Source: Octopus bimaculoides (lineage: Eukaryota). Taken from it: a DNA stretch of 35,948 nucleotides. Every line of letters begins with the position of its first letter. The stretch's first letter is position 1. The stretch lies in contig NC_069010.1 of assembly GCF_001194135.2 (NCBI RefSeq), forward strand, positions 1,956,737 through 1,992,684, in the 5' to 3' direction. The position numbers and the translations under genes were made by a program. Positions 34,789 through 35,948 of the stretch are shown here, piece after piece. The notes beneath the pieces were generated by a model, which was not told the origin of the DNA, did no database searches, and saw only the letters and a list, made by a program, of their open reading frames with translations.

Positions 34789-35258
34789 TACATTATCTAA
34801 TGTGTCCTTCCTCTTGTTGCTGTTATTTAACTTCACATCGGTGCTGATCCAGCAAACCTATGATCAATGACATTCCAGATGTGACCATCCTGTCTTTTAT
34901 TCAAACTTAGTGTACCTCGAATTACATTATCTAATGTATCCCTCCTTGTTGTTCTTTAGTCCCAACTCAGATTCGATCCAGCAGACCTACGCTCAAAGAC
35001 ATTCAAGCTGTAACTAATCTGTCAGTTATTCAGTCACAGTGTACCTAAGAGTACATCATCTAATGTGTCCTTCGGTGGGGTTGTTAAGCTTCAGGTCAGC
35101 TTTGATCCAGCAGACCTATGATCAAAAGTGATCCAGCTGTGACCATCCTGTCTTTTATTCAGTCATAGTGTATCAAGGACTACATTATCTAAAGTGTCCC
35201 TTCCTTGTTGTTGTTTAGAATCACAGGTCAGTACTGATCCAGTGCTGAGACATTCAGA
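34789..35258 (+). repeat. ~130-bp tandem repeat (about 3.6 diverged units); related unit at ~20885-21055
   Basis: tacat(t/c)atctaa recurs at 34789, 34923, 35052 and 35181, with gatccagca.accta and gtgaccatcctgtctttta in between. Confidence 0.85.
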
Positions 35259-35297
35259 TCATATGATTTCAATCTTCTTTGGTCTCATCAGTGATGG
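35251..35297 (-). ncRNA. Minimal type I hammerhead ribozyme motif (HHR-A)
   Basis: Minus strand reads ccauca-CUGAUGA-gacc aaagaa gauu-GAAA-ucauauga-UC-ugaaug. Core is intact and stem III is palindromic (ucauauga). AUC triplet puts predicted cleavage between 35257 and 35256. Stem II has a wobble and a mismatch; stem I has a 1-nt bulge. Confidence 0.7.
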
Positions 35298-35710
35298 GTA
35301 CTTAACTGCTAGAGATAGCAGCTAACAATATATAGAAAATCAGTGCCTGAACAGGCACTAGTGGCACGGTTAGCCAGTGGGCTTGTTAAAAAATAGCTAT
35401 TAGCAATGCAGGCAGTACTAATACTTGAGAGGTAATATTTATCACCACTTAAATGTGGATGTTCTCTTAGAACAGAGTATACTGCAGTAGATACCACGAG
35501 AGAAACTCTCATATTGGCTTTTGGTGCAAAATGCACACATTTATATCGCTAATGGAGAGATAAATATCCACTGTCTCCAGCACAAAGCCCACTAGATCAT
35601 GTCATTTCAACCTTCCTTGGTTTCATCAGTGATGGATGCTTGACAGCTAGAGATAATGTATTCTTAGGTATGCTATGCCTACTGAACAGGTCTGGCCTGT
35701 GGCAACTTAA
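35257..35710 (-). mobile_element. Hammerhead-delimited ~338-bp repeat unit plus partial second unit (retrozyme or Penelope terminal-repeat-like)
   Basis: The two HHR cores (tcatcag at 35285 and 35623) are 338 bp apart. Flanking homology keeps the period: gtgatgg..ctt.ac.gctagagata follows each core, and ctgaacagg occurs at 35347 and 35682. Confidence 0.6.
35589..35635 (-). ncRNA. Minimal type I hammerhead ribozyme motif (HHR-B)
   Basis: Minus strand reads ccauca-CUGAUGA-aacc aaggaa gguu-GAAA-ugacauga-UC-uagugg. Core is intact and stem II is a perfect 4 bp (aacc/gguu). AUC triplet puts predicted cleavage between 35595 and 35594. Stem I has 1 mismatch and 1 wobble; stem III has a G-G mismatch. 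Confidence 0.75.
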
Positions 35711-35948
35711 CAAAGACCTCAATAACAACAACAACAAGTCATCCCAACTCAGCTCTACCTTACAGTCCTCATGTAACCCCCACCATCTCTACCCCACGAA
35801 CCCCATCACCCCTCAGAATACTTTCTGCTTTGTCCTCCTCCTCCTACTACTCTTGCATCATCCCCTCCTTGAAGCCCCTTATGATTTTGGGTGTTGGCAA
35901 GTAATACATTAAAAAGACAAACAATGCACTTACTACTACTAATCAAGG

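Overview
AT-rich, microsatellite-dense eukaryotic DNA with 14 N-gaps (about 5.9 kb in total). The SINE repertoire resembles what I recall of Octopus, so the organism call is an inference. I can support no host protein-coding gene; only a few weak candidate micro-exons exist, so the window looks intronic or intergenic. Nearly all long ORFs in the track are artefacts of N-runs or simple repeats. The window is a transposon graveyard. It holds at least five SINE families, often nested or in head-to-tail arrays, and 3' fragments of RTE and R4/Dong-like LINEs. DNA elements include an internally deleted mariner, a foldback maT-like element built from two transposase 3' ends, and a tandemly duplicated Merlin-like transposase N-terminus. 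There are also hAT and piggyBac MITEs with intact TSDs, a Helentron-associated (HINE-like) element, a 262-bp palindrome and several minisatellites. The most interesting signal is a set of minimal type I hammerhead-ribozyme motifs. Two lie on the minus strand 338 nt apart (35251-35297 and 35589-35635), resembling a retrozyme or Penelope terminal-repeat unit. A third lacks stem II and has a palindromic stem III (33320-33354), and a decayed fourth lies at 17665-17710. All structure and family calls were made by eye, with no database searches or folding runs.
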